Shown here piece after piece: positions 1 through 9,296 of a stretch of DNA of 64,000 nucleotides. Under the pieces are notes generated by a model. That model searched no databases, was not told the origin of the DNA, and saw only the letters and a list, made by a program, of their open reading frames with translations. Location: positions 5,681 through 69,680 of the forward strand of contig JAIKXS010000042.1 of assembly GCA_024683955.1 (NCBI GenBank), given 5' to 3'. Within the stretch, counting starts at the first letter, position 1. Each line of letters starts with the position of its first letter. Both the position numbers and the translations under genes were made by a program. Source of the stretch: Desulfovibrio sp. Lineage in GTDB: Bacteria; Desulfobacterota; Desulfovibrionia; Desulfovibrionales; Desulfovibrionaceae.

Positions 1-95
1 GCGCCCGAAGAAGAACGCCCGCAGCAAAGGCCCATCTTCCCGTGACTCCGAGAACGATGAGACGATCGTGCTTCCTTGGTAAAAGAATACGGCGT

Positions 96-1025
96 TCAGT
101 CATCGGTTGGGACAAGGTAACCGCCTTCCTGGGAAAATTCCGTGTGGAGTGCCTTATGTTCCTCCTCCATAACACGCAGGATGCCCTGTCCGAGATCGAC
201 CGTTAAGGGCGGTACAAGCTTACGGCCAAGTTTTGGCATGAAGGCGTAGGGGGTGATCTGATAGTGACCGCTGTTAGGGTCGTTCTGATACTTGATGGTC
301 AGCTTTTTCCCAAGCATTTCACCGATCATGTTAAAGAGGTCCCCAACGCGCATGGGTTGATTACCGGAAATGATGATATTTTGGTTTTCAAACTGCGGAT
401 CAAGCACGGCAAGAGTTGCGGCGCTCGCATCATCCACATGCACGTACTCGCGAAGAGCCGTTGGTGCCCCGTAGTAGGTGATAGTACCACTGGTCAGCGC
501 CTCGTGGACAAATCGGTGAATGGCATTGCGGTTATCAGCCCGCGGTCCGTACAGGGAACCGTAGCGAAGAATCGTATAGGGAAGGCCATGCATGCTCTGG
601 TAGTTCTCGATATAAATCTCGCAGGCCTGCTTAGAGCATCGGTAGAATCCACCCGATTTTCCGTAGACATAGAGAGAAGAGGCAAAAACATAACGCTTTA
701 CCTTTTCCTGACGGCAGGCCTCAAGGGCAATGACATTGCCAAGAACGTTGATGCGTGCCGTGTCCACAGGGCGATTGTTGGCTTCGCCGATATCAGCGAT
801 TCCGGCGTAGTTAAAGACCATATCGCTCCCGGAGACAGCCTTCCTGACCGTCTCCTCGTCAAGAATGCTCCCAATCAGCATGGTTTGTCCGGTTTTGAGC
901 CAGGGTGATTCATGCAAATCGACAATGGTCACTGCGTGGCCATTTTCCGTCAGTTTGTCACAAATGTGTGAGCCAAGAAAACCGGAACCGCCAAAAACGG
1001 TAATATTCACGAATCCATCCTCCAA
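96..1025 (-). CDS. NAD-dependent epimerase/dehydratase (extended SDR, sugar-nucleotide type)
   Basis: 309-aa ORF. It has an N-terminal Rossmann motif (VFGGSGFLGSH) and a YxxxK catalytic motif (YRCSK), as in sugar-nucleotide epimerases. Confidence 0.85.
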   Translation of the reverse strand: MEDGFVNITVFGGSGFLGSHICDKLTENGHAVTIVDLHESPWLKTGQTMLIGSILDEETVRKAVSGSDMVFNYAGIADIGEANNRPVDTARINVLGNVIALEACRQEKVKRYVFASSLYVYGKSGGFYRCSKQACEIYIENYQSMHGLPYTILRYGSLYGPRADNRNAIHRFVHEALTSGTITYYGAPTALREYVHVDDASAATLAVLDPQFENQNIIISGNQPMRVGDLFNMIGEMLGKKLTIKYQNDPNSGHYQITPYAFMPKLGRKLVPPLTVDLGQGILRVMEEEHKALHTEFSQEGGYLVPTDD

Positions 1026-1109
1026 AAACGCACGGTGAGCTGAGGCTCATCGTCTTTTCACAGCCCGGCCAGGAACACCGAGACAACGAGCAAAACCGCA
1101 AGACAGGGC

Positions 1110-1892
1110 CTAGACACGGGGGCGTTCGGCGCTCTTCCATAAAAAAACAGAATCAATACCGTAGGCGATGAAACGCACACCGTCTCCAATTGCCTTTTCA
1201 AGCGCTGCGGGATCAGGCTCGACAATATGAAGGCCCATGGGTACAGATGCGCGTGTACAGGCTGCGCTGATCCTTTCCATGGCCGCAAGAAAGCGCGGGT
1301 CCGTAAAGTTGCCCGTGCAGCCCATACTTCCTGACAGATCATAGGGCCCAACCATAATGGCATCAAGCCTGGGATGCGCCAAAATGGAGTCAATTTCCTC
1401 TACGGCCCGTATATGCTCAATCTGCGCCACAAGAAAAAGATGGGGCGAGGTGTGTTCCAGATAGTCGGAAAAACGCTTGCCGAAATCGTTGGCCCGGCAG
1501 TACCCGACACCCCTGTAGCAGGCTGCCGCTCCGCTTCCGCGCCACGTATCCTGACCCGGATAGGTGGCGAGATCAATGGCTTCAGCAAGTTCCTGCGCGC
1601 TTTCGATCATGGGAAATATCAACCCATGGGCACCTGCCTCAAGAGCGGCCTTGATCCATGTTTTTTCCGCTTTCGGCAGACGCGCGAAGGGAACGGCGCC
1701 CCCGACCTCAATGGCGCGAAATATATCTGGCAAAAGGCTGGGACCGAAGGATCCGTGCTCCATATCGCAGGCGACCCAGTCATAGCCTGCCTTGGCCATA
1801 AGCTCTGCCACATCAGCGGAAGGGATCTGCAGCCACGTCCCGACGGTTGCCTTGTCTGACGCAAGCGCAGCCCGTATATCATTTATCGTCAT
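1110..1892 (-). CDS. HpcH/HpaI-family aldolase
   Basis: ORF 1110-1934 trimmed to the MTINDIRAAL start (ATG at 1892, GGGGGA RBS just upstream). The pattern GTWLQIPS..AELMAKAGYDWVACDMEHG is typical of class II HpcH/HpaI aldolases. Confidence 0.85.
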   Translation of the reverse strand: MTINDIRAALASDKATVGTWLQIPSADVAELMAKAGYDWVACDMEHGSFGPSLLPDIFRAIEVGGAVPFARLPKAEKTWIKAALEAGAHGLIFPMIESAQELAEAIDLATYPGQDTWRGSGAAACYRGVGYCRANDFGKRFSDYLEHTSPHLFLVAQIEHIRAVEEIDSILAHPRLDAIMVGPYDLSGSMGCTGNFTDPRFLAAMERISAACTRASVPMGLHIVEPDPAALEKAIGDGVRFIAYGIDSVFLWKSAERPRV

Positions 1893-2357
1893 ATATCCCC
1901 CGTAAATACTGAAAAAAAGGATATGCACTATCAAGAAAGCACAGAGGTAACATACATGTCACCCCCTGTTCAAAAAATCAGGGGGGGCATCAATCCAAAA
2001 AACAAAGAGAAATCACTATGCAAAGGACACGGATGTAACCTTGCAGGCCGCTTGCAAGGAGGGTATGGTTGCACCGTTCTTTCGGCATTTAACCTGGTGG
2101 AGAGGAACCTCAACACGGTTGCGGGAAAACGAAGCTCTTGCCAAAACCCGCATCAGCCGCTCCGTTCTGAAAAACGTCATCGATCCGTGACGGCGCCTGC
2201 AGACCGACGTACTGTAGTGCACAACAACCAAAAAAGAAAGAAAACCCGTAGAACCGGCAGTGCGGGACTTTCCCATGCACACAAAAATCCATACAGGCCA
2301 CCCGCAAAACACGGAGCAACGCTTCGCACTTCCGGAACGGACACACGCACACAAACA

Positions 2358-4067
2358 ATGAAGCCTTCCATGAGTGCAAAAGAACTTATTCTCGCCCATC
2401 TTCCGGACACGTGCAGGCCTGATGAGGTCATCCTTGCAGGCCCGTGGTCGTTTGCGGGTGAGGAAGAACGCTTCCCGGACTTTGCAAGCCGTTTCATCTT
2501 TGCCCCGGAACCACTGAAAGGCCCGGAGGCCATCCGTCATGCCGTGTCATGCTGCCGGGGGCTTACAAAAAAGCTTCTGCCGGACGTAGCGGGTACGCTC
2601 TGTCCATGGAGTCATACACTTCCGGAATGCTATTGGGAAGTCCTCCTCACACCCTGGCTTGGCCAGCTGACACAGCAGATCATCGAACGCTGGATCCGGA
2701 TCAGGGCCATGCTGGAGGCCTTTGAAAACGACGAGATCACGCTTCGTCTCCTTCCAAAGGAATGCTCTTTCTCATTCGCCGATGAAAACGATTTCACCCT
2801 GCGCGGAGCCCTTGGTCTCACCTTTAATCACTGGCTTTTCTCACGCCTCTTTGAGGCCGCACACCTTCCCCGCACATGGCATGTCAGCTACGCCGAGCCC
2901 GTGCGGGAGAGAGCAGCGCAAAAGCAGGACTCGTTTTCTCTGAAAAAAGCCCTCCACTCTCTTCTTCTCTCCCTCCCCTTTCCGCCCCTTAAAGGCGTTC
3001 GCCCCGGACAGTGGCTTTCCTTTTCTCTCGCCCTCTCCCACAAAAGTCACGGGCCCTCGCGTTCCGTTCCCATTGCACGGGAAGAGGATTGTTCAGCCCT
3101 TCAACGCCTGCACCTGCCCGAGGACATGCATCTCATCATAGAAAAAGCCCTGCCATTTTCCTTAACGGGCCTTTCTCACCCGCGAAGAATCCGGCAAACC
3201 CGCAGCCCGAAAATCCGCTGTGCCAGCATCGTGGCCTATGAAAACGCCGTCTACCGCCGTCAGCTTGCCCTCTTCAGGGCACGGGGGAACCGCCTGTTCT
3301 TTGTACAGCACGGCGGAAACTACGGACAGATACAAAAGGCCTGTCTCACGGCCATGGTTGAATACAGCCAGCACGCCTTTCTTTCATGGGGGTGGACAAA
3401 ACAGGGGGACGAAACCGTCAACGCCATACCTCTCCCCTACCCGCAGCTTGCCCGCATACGAAATGCATGGCACGGAAGGGAAAGGACGCTTCTCGTTGTC
3501 GGAACGGAAATGCCCCTCTTCGGCTACCGCCTTGACTCCCACCCCACCCCCCTGGAAGTGGTCGCCTACCGCAATGCAAAGCTCCGTTTTTTTTCCGCCC
3601 TTTCAAAAGAAGTCCTTGCAAGAACGCTTTACAGGCCCTATTTTACCATTCCGTCTTCCCTGGAGGACGGAACATGGCTTTGCCGGCAGGTTCCGGAACT
3701 TACCCTCTGCAGAGGGCCACTTATGCCGCATGTGCTCGGTACAGGACTCCTCGTGCTTGACCACCACGGAACAAGTCTTCTTGAGGCCATGGCTGCGAAT
3801 GTCCCGACCCTTCTCTACTGGGAACGTGCCCACTGGCCCCTTACGGAAGAATTTGATAGCTTTCTTGATCAATTTTCAGAACTTGGCATCTTTCACGAAA
3901 CACCCGAAAAGGCTGCCGAGATGGCAGACGCCGTCTTTCCGCGTGCCAGGGAATGGTGGCAGGGAGAGGCGATTCAACGTCTTCGGCGAGAATTCTGCTC
4001 CTGCTACGCCCGCATTTGTGAGGAGGATGAAAGCCCCCTCTGGAGAACCTGCCTGCGGAATCTCTGA
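2358..4067 (+). CDS. Large hypothetical protein; possible glycan-locus transferase, family not recognised with certainty
   Basis: The 714-aa ORF starts with about 145 basic, low-complexity codons that do not look like protein. I placed the start at MKPSMSAKEL (ATG 2358). The remaining 569 aa have normal composition. Confidence 0.6.
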   Translation: MKPSMSAKELILAHLPDTCRPDEVILAGPWSFAGEEERFPDFASRFIFAPEPLKGPEAIRHAVSCCRGLTKKLLPDVAGTLCPWSHTLPECYWEVLLTPWLGQLTQQIIERWIRIRAMLEAFENDEITLRLLPKECSFSFADENDFTLRGALGLTFNHWLFSRLFEAAHLPRTWHVSYAEPVRERAAQKQDSFSLKKALHSLLLSLPFPPLKGVRPGQWLSFSLALSHKSHGPSRSVPIAREEDCSALQRLHLPEDMHLIIEKALPFSLTGLSHPRRIRQTRSPKIRCASIVAYENAVYRRQLALFRARGNRLFFVQHGGNYGQIQKACLTAMVEYSQHAFLSWGWTKQGDETVNAIPLPYPQLARIRNAWHGRERTLLVVGTEMPLFGYRLDSHPTPLEVVAYRNAKLRFFSALSKEVLARTLYRPYFTIPSSLEDGTWLCRQVPELTLCRGPLMPHVLGTGLLVLDHHGTSLLEAMAANVPTLLYWERAHWPLTEEFDSFLDQFSELGIFHETPEKAAEMADAVFPRAREWWQGEAIQRLRREFCSCYARICEEDESPLWRTCLRNL

Positions 4068-4180
4068 CAATCGACGTAAACATCCATCGTCTGTACGCGA
4101 ACCTACGACGATGCGTTTTTTCCAGGCAGACGGGGACTGCCCCTGCAGGCGTCCCTTATTACAAACTTATCCAGCATTGC

Positions 4181-5329
4181 ATGGAGGCGGCCGTGAACGG
4201 TCTTTTGCCTACTGACACTTCCGTAATCAAGACGTCCGGATCCGTCAAACAACGTCTGCGTCTTACAGGACTTTTCTGCATCCTTCTGCTTCTTTTTTCC
4301 GCGGATCCGGCCCTTTCCCTTGACCAAAAAAAAGGCCCTGCCGCGCCCAAGAATCCGAAGGAAAGCGCAGCCCCCATTTCGCCTGAAGAGGCTGAAACAA
4401 CGCTTCGCCTCGTCCAGACAGACATTGACGCCCAAAACTACAAAAATGCCGTGCAAAAACTCAAACCTCTTGCCGCCCAGGGAAATCCCGAAGCCCTGTA
4501 TGTGCTCGGCTATCTGACGGTGCAGGGAAACGGCGTCAAAAAAAGTCCGAGGGCGGGCTGCGAACTTTTCCGCAAAGCGGCAGATCTTGGCGATGTACGG
4601 GCCCAGACCGCCCTTGGAAAGGCCTACGCCCAGGGCTCCGGGGTAAAACGCAACTTTCTTGAAGCCGCACGGTATTTTCGAAAAGCCGCTGATGAAGGCG
4701 TGGCCATAGCCCAGTACAACCTGGGTTTTCTCTACGCTCACGGCCGCGGCGTGAAAAAGGACGAGGCGGAAGCTGCAGTCTGGCTCAACAAAGCAGCCGA
4801 GCAGGGGCTTGCGGACGCCCAGTACTCGCTTGGATGGCTCTACGCAAACAGCACCGGCGAACTGCAAAACGACGTTCAGGCCATGCACTGGCTTGAACGG
4901 GCCGCGCAGCAGGAGCACGTCAAGGCACAAAACAATCTGGCCTCCATGTATGCCGAAGGCAGGGGATCCGAACCCAAACCTGACAAGGCGCTCTACTGGT
5001 ATTCCAGGGCTGCCGAACAGAACTATCCCGTTGCGGCCTATAATCTCGGCGTCATGTACGAACAGGGGCTCGGCATTGCCCAGGACTACGATCAGGCCTT
5101 CCAGTGGTATAAAAAAGCCGCGGAGCTCAACGAGCCGGCGGCACAGTACTGTCTCGGCGTACTCTACGATCAGGGGACAGGCGTTGCCCCCAACCATCAG
5201 GAGGCCCTTCGATGGTACAAACTTGCTGCCAAAAACGGGGATAAAGACGCGAAAAAAGAGCTCCAGACCATTGAAAAAGGCAAGGCTCTTCAACGAAAAT
5301 CAAAGGAACATAAGGGAAAGAACAATTAA
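4181..5329 (+). CDS. Secreted Sel1-repeat (SLR/TPR-like) protein
   Basis: N-terminal signal-like segment (LTGLFCILLLLFSADPALS), then about 8 tandem 36-aa Sel1 repeats (..A.Y.LG.LY..G.GV.KD...A..W..KAA.QG..). Confidence 0.85.
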   Translation: MEAAVNGLLPTDTSVIKTSGSVKQRLRLTGLFCILLLLFSADPALSLDQKKGPAAPKNPKESAAPISPEEAETTLRLVQTDIDAQNYKNAVQKLKPLAAQGNPEALYVLGYLTVQGNGVKKSPRAGCELFRKAADLGDVRAQTALGKAYAQGSGVKRNFLEAARYFRKAADEGVAIAQYNLGFLYAHGRGVKKDEAEAAVWLNKAAEQGLADAQYSLGWLYANSTGELQNDVQAMHWLERAAQQEHVKAQNNLASMYAEGRGSEPKPDKALYWYSRAAEQNYPVAAYNLGVMYEQGLGIAQDYDQAFQWYKKAAELNEPAAQYCLGVLYDQGTGVAPNHQEALRWYKLAAKNGDKDAKKELQTIEKGKALQRKSKEHKGKNN

Positions 5330-5427
5330 GGGAAAAGACCAGCCGTTCTCCCTCAGAAGAGCGGCGGCAAAGCCTTTCCGGAATAAAACCGCGAAGGACC
5401 CTTTGCGCCACCTCCCGTTCAACATGC

Positions 5428-5460
5428 AGACGTCCTCAGGGACGTCTTTCTGTCTGTTTT
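5428..5460 (+). terminator. Intrinsic terminator candidate after the Sel1-repeat gene
   Basis: 8-bp stem AGACGTCC/GGACGTCT (5428-5435 / 5440-5447), 4-nt loop, then the T-rich tail TTCTGTCTGTTTT. Confidence 0.5.
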
Positions 5461-5699
5461 CCCCGTTGTCCGTCCGGAACCGGAGGGAATACGGATTTTT
5501 TCACCGGAAATCCTGCCCGCGGGTGTCCGGATCAAAAAAACCTCCCGAATCGGAGGCCGAAGACAAGCATCCCGCTCAAAATGCTGCGCCGTTTCTCTAA
5601 AGAATCCGTTTTCGAACGTCCGGGGGAGATGTGCGGAATGAACAAGCTCGCGCTCTTCGCCGTTCACCCGTCGAACGGGAATCCGTCTGGCGGAACGAC

Positions 5700-8600
5700 T
5701 CAGTAGTCGAGCTTCCAGTTGAGGCTCCCCTGGGTGTTGGACTGCCCGCTTTTCAGCTCAAGTTTGAGCTTTGGCGTCAGCTCGTACTGAATGATCCCGG
5801 CAGTACTTCCTTCCTTTGTCCCCTGCTCAACACCGACATACAGGCTGTCCGTAAGATATTTTCCGGTTTCGACCGCCATGTTGGACATGCCCTCTTCGTT
5901 CTTCCCGTCCTTGGACTCTCCCTGCTTCAGGCGCATCACATCCATACCGAGCGCCTTTCTCGAAGAATCAAGGCCAGCTCCGAGCCCGCTCGCCATCTTT
6001 CCCATTGCCGCGGCAAGCTGCAGGGCCTCATAGCGACCGAGTTCATTGGCGTTGCGGCCGAACAGAATGTGGGCAAGCACATCATCCTGAGGCATCTCGG
6101 GCTCGCTTGAAAGACTAAGCTTCAGCTTTTTCACGGTGCCGCTTACACGAATATGTGAGATTAGATCACTGCTCTTGTTGGTCAAAAGCATATCAATAAG
6201 GGGATTGGCCACATTTCCGCCGGCAAGTGTCACAATGCCTTTTTCCAGGGAGAAACGCTTGTTGAGAAAATCAAGTTCCCCTTTCACGGCGCTGACTTCC
6301 CCTGCAATGGAGGGGTTGTTCAGAGGACCCTCGACGGAAAGGTTTGTTTTCCACTCACTCGTAAGCCCGTAGCCGTCTATGAGAAAACGGCCGGGAGATT
6401 TGACGGCAAGAGCAATACGGCCGAAATTCTCCTCGCTATTTCCGCTCTTCTTCTTTCCGCCCTCTCCCGCTGCATGAGCTCCCCTGCCTGTCCCTTCCTG
6501 TTTTTTCTCCGTAATGGGCAATGTGGTGACCGAGGAGGGGCCGGCCTCTATATTTTCAAGAATGACAGCCCCGTTGTCCACGACAATTGTGCCGAGCACC
6601 TCGGGCTTTGCCGCGGAACCCCGCACATTTACATCCCCAGAAAGGGAAATACGCACATCCTGACGCCGCAGGGGTCTGAGATGGTTTAAACGGGCTGTTA
6701 CGGCCAGTTTCGAGGCATCAAGAGCGCTCTCTCCCCGTATGCCGAGGCTCCCGCCCATACCGTCCGCGAGAGACCCCTCGATACGGATATGCCCATCCGG
6801 ACCGCCCTGTGCGAGTGTTCCGTTAATTCCGACGTTCAAGCCGATATTGCGCAGAAGAAGTCCAATGACTGGATCCTCCAGAATGGCGTTTGCGAGAGTC
6901 AGAGAGCCCTTGACGGAAGGGGCGGCAAGCGTTCCGGAAAGACCCATGTCAAGGCGGAGATCCCCCTTGAGTCGCTGATCGGCAACGGGTACGAGTTTCC
7001 AGAGGGGGGCGAGGGCTCCGTCGAAGGAGACCCTGCCCTGCAGGGGATCTTTCATACTGGGGGTTGGAACGCCTGTATCGGAGACAAGCAGGGGGATGCG
7101 TGCTTCCACGGCAAGATTTCTGCCACCGATGCTCTGCAGCGTTTTCCGTGGAACGGAAAGCGCTGCCACAAGGGTGTTTCCGGAGAGTTTGCCCGTAAGC
7201 CCGATATCCATCGGGGCAAGACGCACCGATTTCATGGAAAGCCCCTTTACACCGAACGCAAAGGTTCCCTGTGCCTTCTTTGCCGCGCCTGAAAGCGCAC
7301 ACTGGGCATAGACGCTGCCCTTCGGAAGAGAAGGACTCAGGGCATTGAAAGCATCAAGAGAACATCCCTCAAGATTGGCTTTGACATTTGTTCCGGAAGG
7401 AGAAAGGGCCGCGGAGGCCGAGAGTGTTCCCGAGGGCAGAAGTCGAAGTTCAACGGGATCAAGACGGATGCCGTCCTTTCCGTAGGCAAGGGTGAGCGCT
7501 TTTTTGAGCTGAATCCCCAGATCAAGCCCCGGCCCTTTTGTGTCGGCAAGAAGATCCGTCCGGGTGCGAAGAGATAAGCGGTCAAGATGAAGGAGACCAT
7601 CACGCCAGTCACCGTGAATATCCGTTGTGACGGAACCTTTTGACGCAAGCGAAAAAGTGAGAGGTCCCGTTAAGGAACCATCGGAGCGGGCTTCAAGAGA
7701 AAGACCAAGGGGCCCCTGTGAGAGTTTTGCCAGGGTGACGGAGGAGGCAATGGCCGGTGACGCAAAAAGATCGGAAATCGCGCAGTCTGCCGAAAGCCCC
7801 GCAAGACTGAGGGCTTCCCCATTCTGAGGCTTCAGCGTGAAAGCAGGAATACTGAGGCGCAGGGCGGCATTCTGCGCTTCCCCCGACCTCGTCAGGGCAA
7901 GAGTTGCGTCAACGCGACCGTCCAGGGAATACTCCGGAAGAAAGGCTTTTAACGCATGCCAATCTTCCATATGACAGGAAAGTTTTCCCGAGAGCGAGGG
8001 GATCTTTCCCGCCAGAAGAGCCTCCAGCTGGGCCCTGACATTCAAACCAAGGGCGTTCAGTGAAAACTCTGAAAGGGCTACGCGAAAAGCGTCAAAACGC
8101 GTTGTGTCCAACAGAGCCCCCGTGGCAGACAGGGAAAGACGGCATGGCTCGTTCTGCAAAAGGGCTTCAAGGGAAAGATCAAGACCGACGGCATTCTTTT
8201 CGCCCGAGCCGAGAAAACGGACGACATCAAGATCACGGCTTTTGAGGGAAAAACGGAAATCCCTAAGTTCCTTCCCCTCCAGGACAAGCCGGGGGAGAGC
8301 GGCGTTAAGGGATACGGTTGGCGCAAGAAGAGGACCGCTTGCAGAAAGATCGAGATGGAGGGGCTTTTGGGAAGATCCCTGTTTGGACGACACTTCACCC
8401 TTTCCGGTTGACGCGCCGATACCTGCAGATTCTTTTTGGTTCCCGGCCTCTTTTCCGGCTTTCTTACCGTCCCCGGAAAGAAAAAAAGCCGGATACACGT
8501 CCCCTGTCAATGAGATCGACAGATCGCCCAAAAGCCAGGATTCCTCACCTTTTCCGCTAAGAAAGGTACACGTTCCGGAAAAAGAGCAGGGATCTGACGA

Positions 8601-9296
8601 AAGGGAAAAACGAGGAACGGTCAGCCGGAGGCTTGGCCCGTGTCCTTCTCCAAGCACGGCAAAGTCCGTTTCAGCAATCGCCGATAGACGGGCGCGAACA
8701 CCCAGGAGCTCGACCGGAAGCTCCAGGGATTCAATACCTGTTTTCCGGATAGAAACGGACGGAAGCCACTGCGGCAGACCGAAAAGGGTATGGACGCTCT
8801 CCCGGAAAAGAGTCTGAAGCCGTTCCGGCGTCATGGGCACCTCAGGTTCGGGTTTGACCTCAGGCTCTTCGGGCAGGATCGGTATACGATGGAGGACGGG
8901 ATGAAGGGACTGGCATTCCTCAAGAAGAATACGCGGAGGAAAAAGACCGAAGGAAAGAGTAAAACGAGTATCCGCTGACGTGAGCCAGAGGCCCTTTTCG
9001 TCGTACAGCTCAAGACCGGCCTTGACGGAAAACGGAAGGTCGCCGGAAAGAGATGTCACCTTGACGCCAACGGGGGCGGGGCCACCTGGCGCGAGACTGG
9101 AATTAATGGTTCCCTGTATATACTGTTCGGCGTGCTCGGTCCTGAGCCAGATCATAAAACCGGCAACGGAAAAAAACAGAAGGAGCACGAGAAAAAAGAG
9201 GAAACGGAAGAAAAAACGGGCAAGAGAAAAACGCCTTTTGGCCACCTTGGGCTCTTCCGGCTTTTGATCAAGGAGAGGAAGAAGGGTGTCGTCCAT
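5700..9296 (-). CDS. tamB: Translocation and assembly module protein TamB (DUF490 family)
   Basis: 1198 aa with an N-terminal membrane anchor (FFFRFLFFLVLLLFFSVAGFMIWL), a long beta-rich body and a DUF490-like C-terminal end (..YELTPKLKLELKSGQ..NWKLDY). Its start overlaps the upstream Omp85 gene stop by ATGA. Confidence 0.85.
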   Translation of the reverse strand: MDDTLLPLLDQKPEEPKVAKRRFSLARFFFRFLFFLVLLLFFSVAGFMIWLRTEHAEQYIQGTINSSLAPGGPAPVGVKVTSLSGDLPFSVKAGLELYDEKGLWLTSADTRFTLSFGLFPPRILLEECQSLHPVLHRIPILPEEPEVKPEPEVPMTPERLQTLFRESVHTLFGLPQWLPSVSIRKTGIESLELPVELLGVRARLSAIAETDFAVLGEGHGPSLRLTVPRFSLSSDPCSFSGTCTFLSGKGEESWLLGDLSISLTGDVYPAFFLSGDGKKAGKEAGNQKESAGIGASTGKGEVSSKQGSSQKPLHLDLSASGPLLAPTVSLNAALPRLVLEGKELRDFRFSLKSRDLDVVRFLGSGEKNAVGLDLSLEALLQNEPCRLSLSATGALLDTTRFDAFRVALSEFSLNALGLNVRAQLEALLAGKIPSLSGKLSCHMEDWHALKAFLPEYSLDGRVDATLALTRSGEAQNAALRLSIPAFTLKPQNGEALSLAGLSADCAISDLFASPAIASSVTLAKLSQGPLGLSLEARSDGSLTGPLTFSLASKGSVTTDIHGDWRDGLLHLDRLSLRTRTDLLADTKGPGLDLGIQLKKALTLAYGKDGIRLDPVELRLLPSGTLSASAALSPSGTNVKANLEGCSLDAFNALSPSLPKGSVYAQCALSGAAKKAQGTFAFGVKGLSMKSVRLAPMDIGLTGKLSGNTLVAALSVPRKTLQSIGGRNLAVEARIPLLVSDTGVPTPSMKDPLQGRVSFDGALAPLWKLVPVADQRLKGDLRLDMGLSGTLAAPSVKGSLTLANAILEDPVIGLLLRNIGLNVGINGTLAQGGPDGHIRIEGSLADGMGGSLGIRGESALDASKLAVTARLNHLRPLRRQDVRISLSGDVNVRGSAAKPEVLGTIVVDNGAVILENIEAGPSSVTTLPITEKKQEGTGRGAHAAGEGGKKKSGNSEENFGRIALAVKSPGRFLIDGYGLTSEWKTNLSVEGPLNNPSIAGEVSAVKGELDFLNKRFSLEKGIVTLAGGNVANPLIDMLLTNKSSDLISHIRVSGTVKKLKLSLSSEPEMPQDDVLAHILFGRNANELGRYEALQLAAAMGKMASGLGAGLDSSRKALGMDVMRLKQGESKDGKNEEGMSNMAVETGKYLTDSLYVGVEQGTKEGSTAGIIQYELTPKLKLELKSGQSNTQGSLNWKLDY

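Noticed and set aside
1-82. Possible 3' end of a plus-strand gene (..RPKKNARSKGPSSRDSENDETIVLPW, stop at 80-82)
   Set aside because: Only 26 codons are visible, no motif is present, and it cannot be distinguished from chance.
1923-2357. N-terminal 145 codons of the 714-aa ORF
   Set aside because: The sequence is highly basic and low-complexity (..KRKKTRRTGSAG..) and lies in the divergent promoter gap. The start was moved to ATG 2358.
4103-5293. 396-aa ORF on the minus strand
   Set aside because: It is antisense to the Sel1-repeat gene. The periodic repeats on the plus strand explain the open frame.
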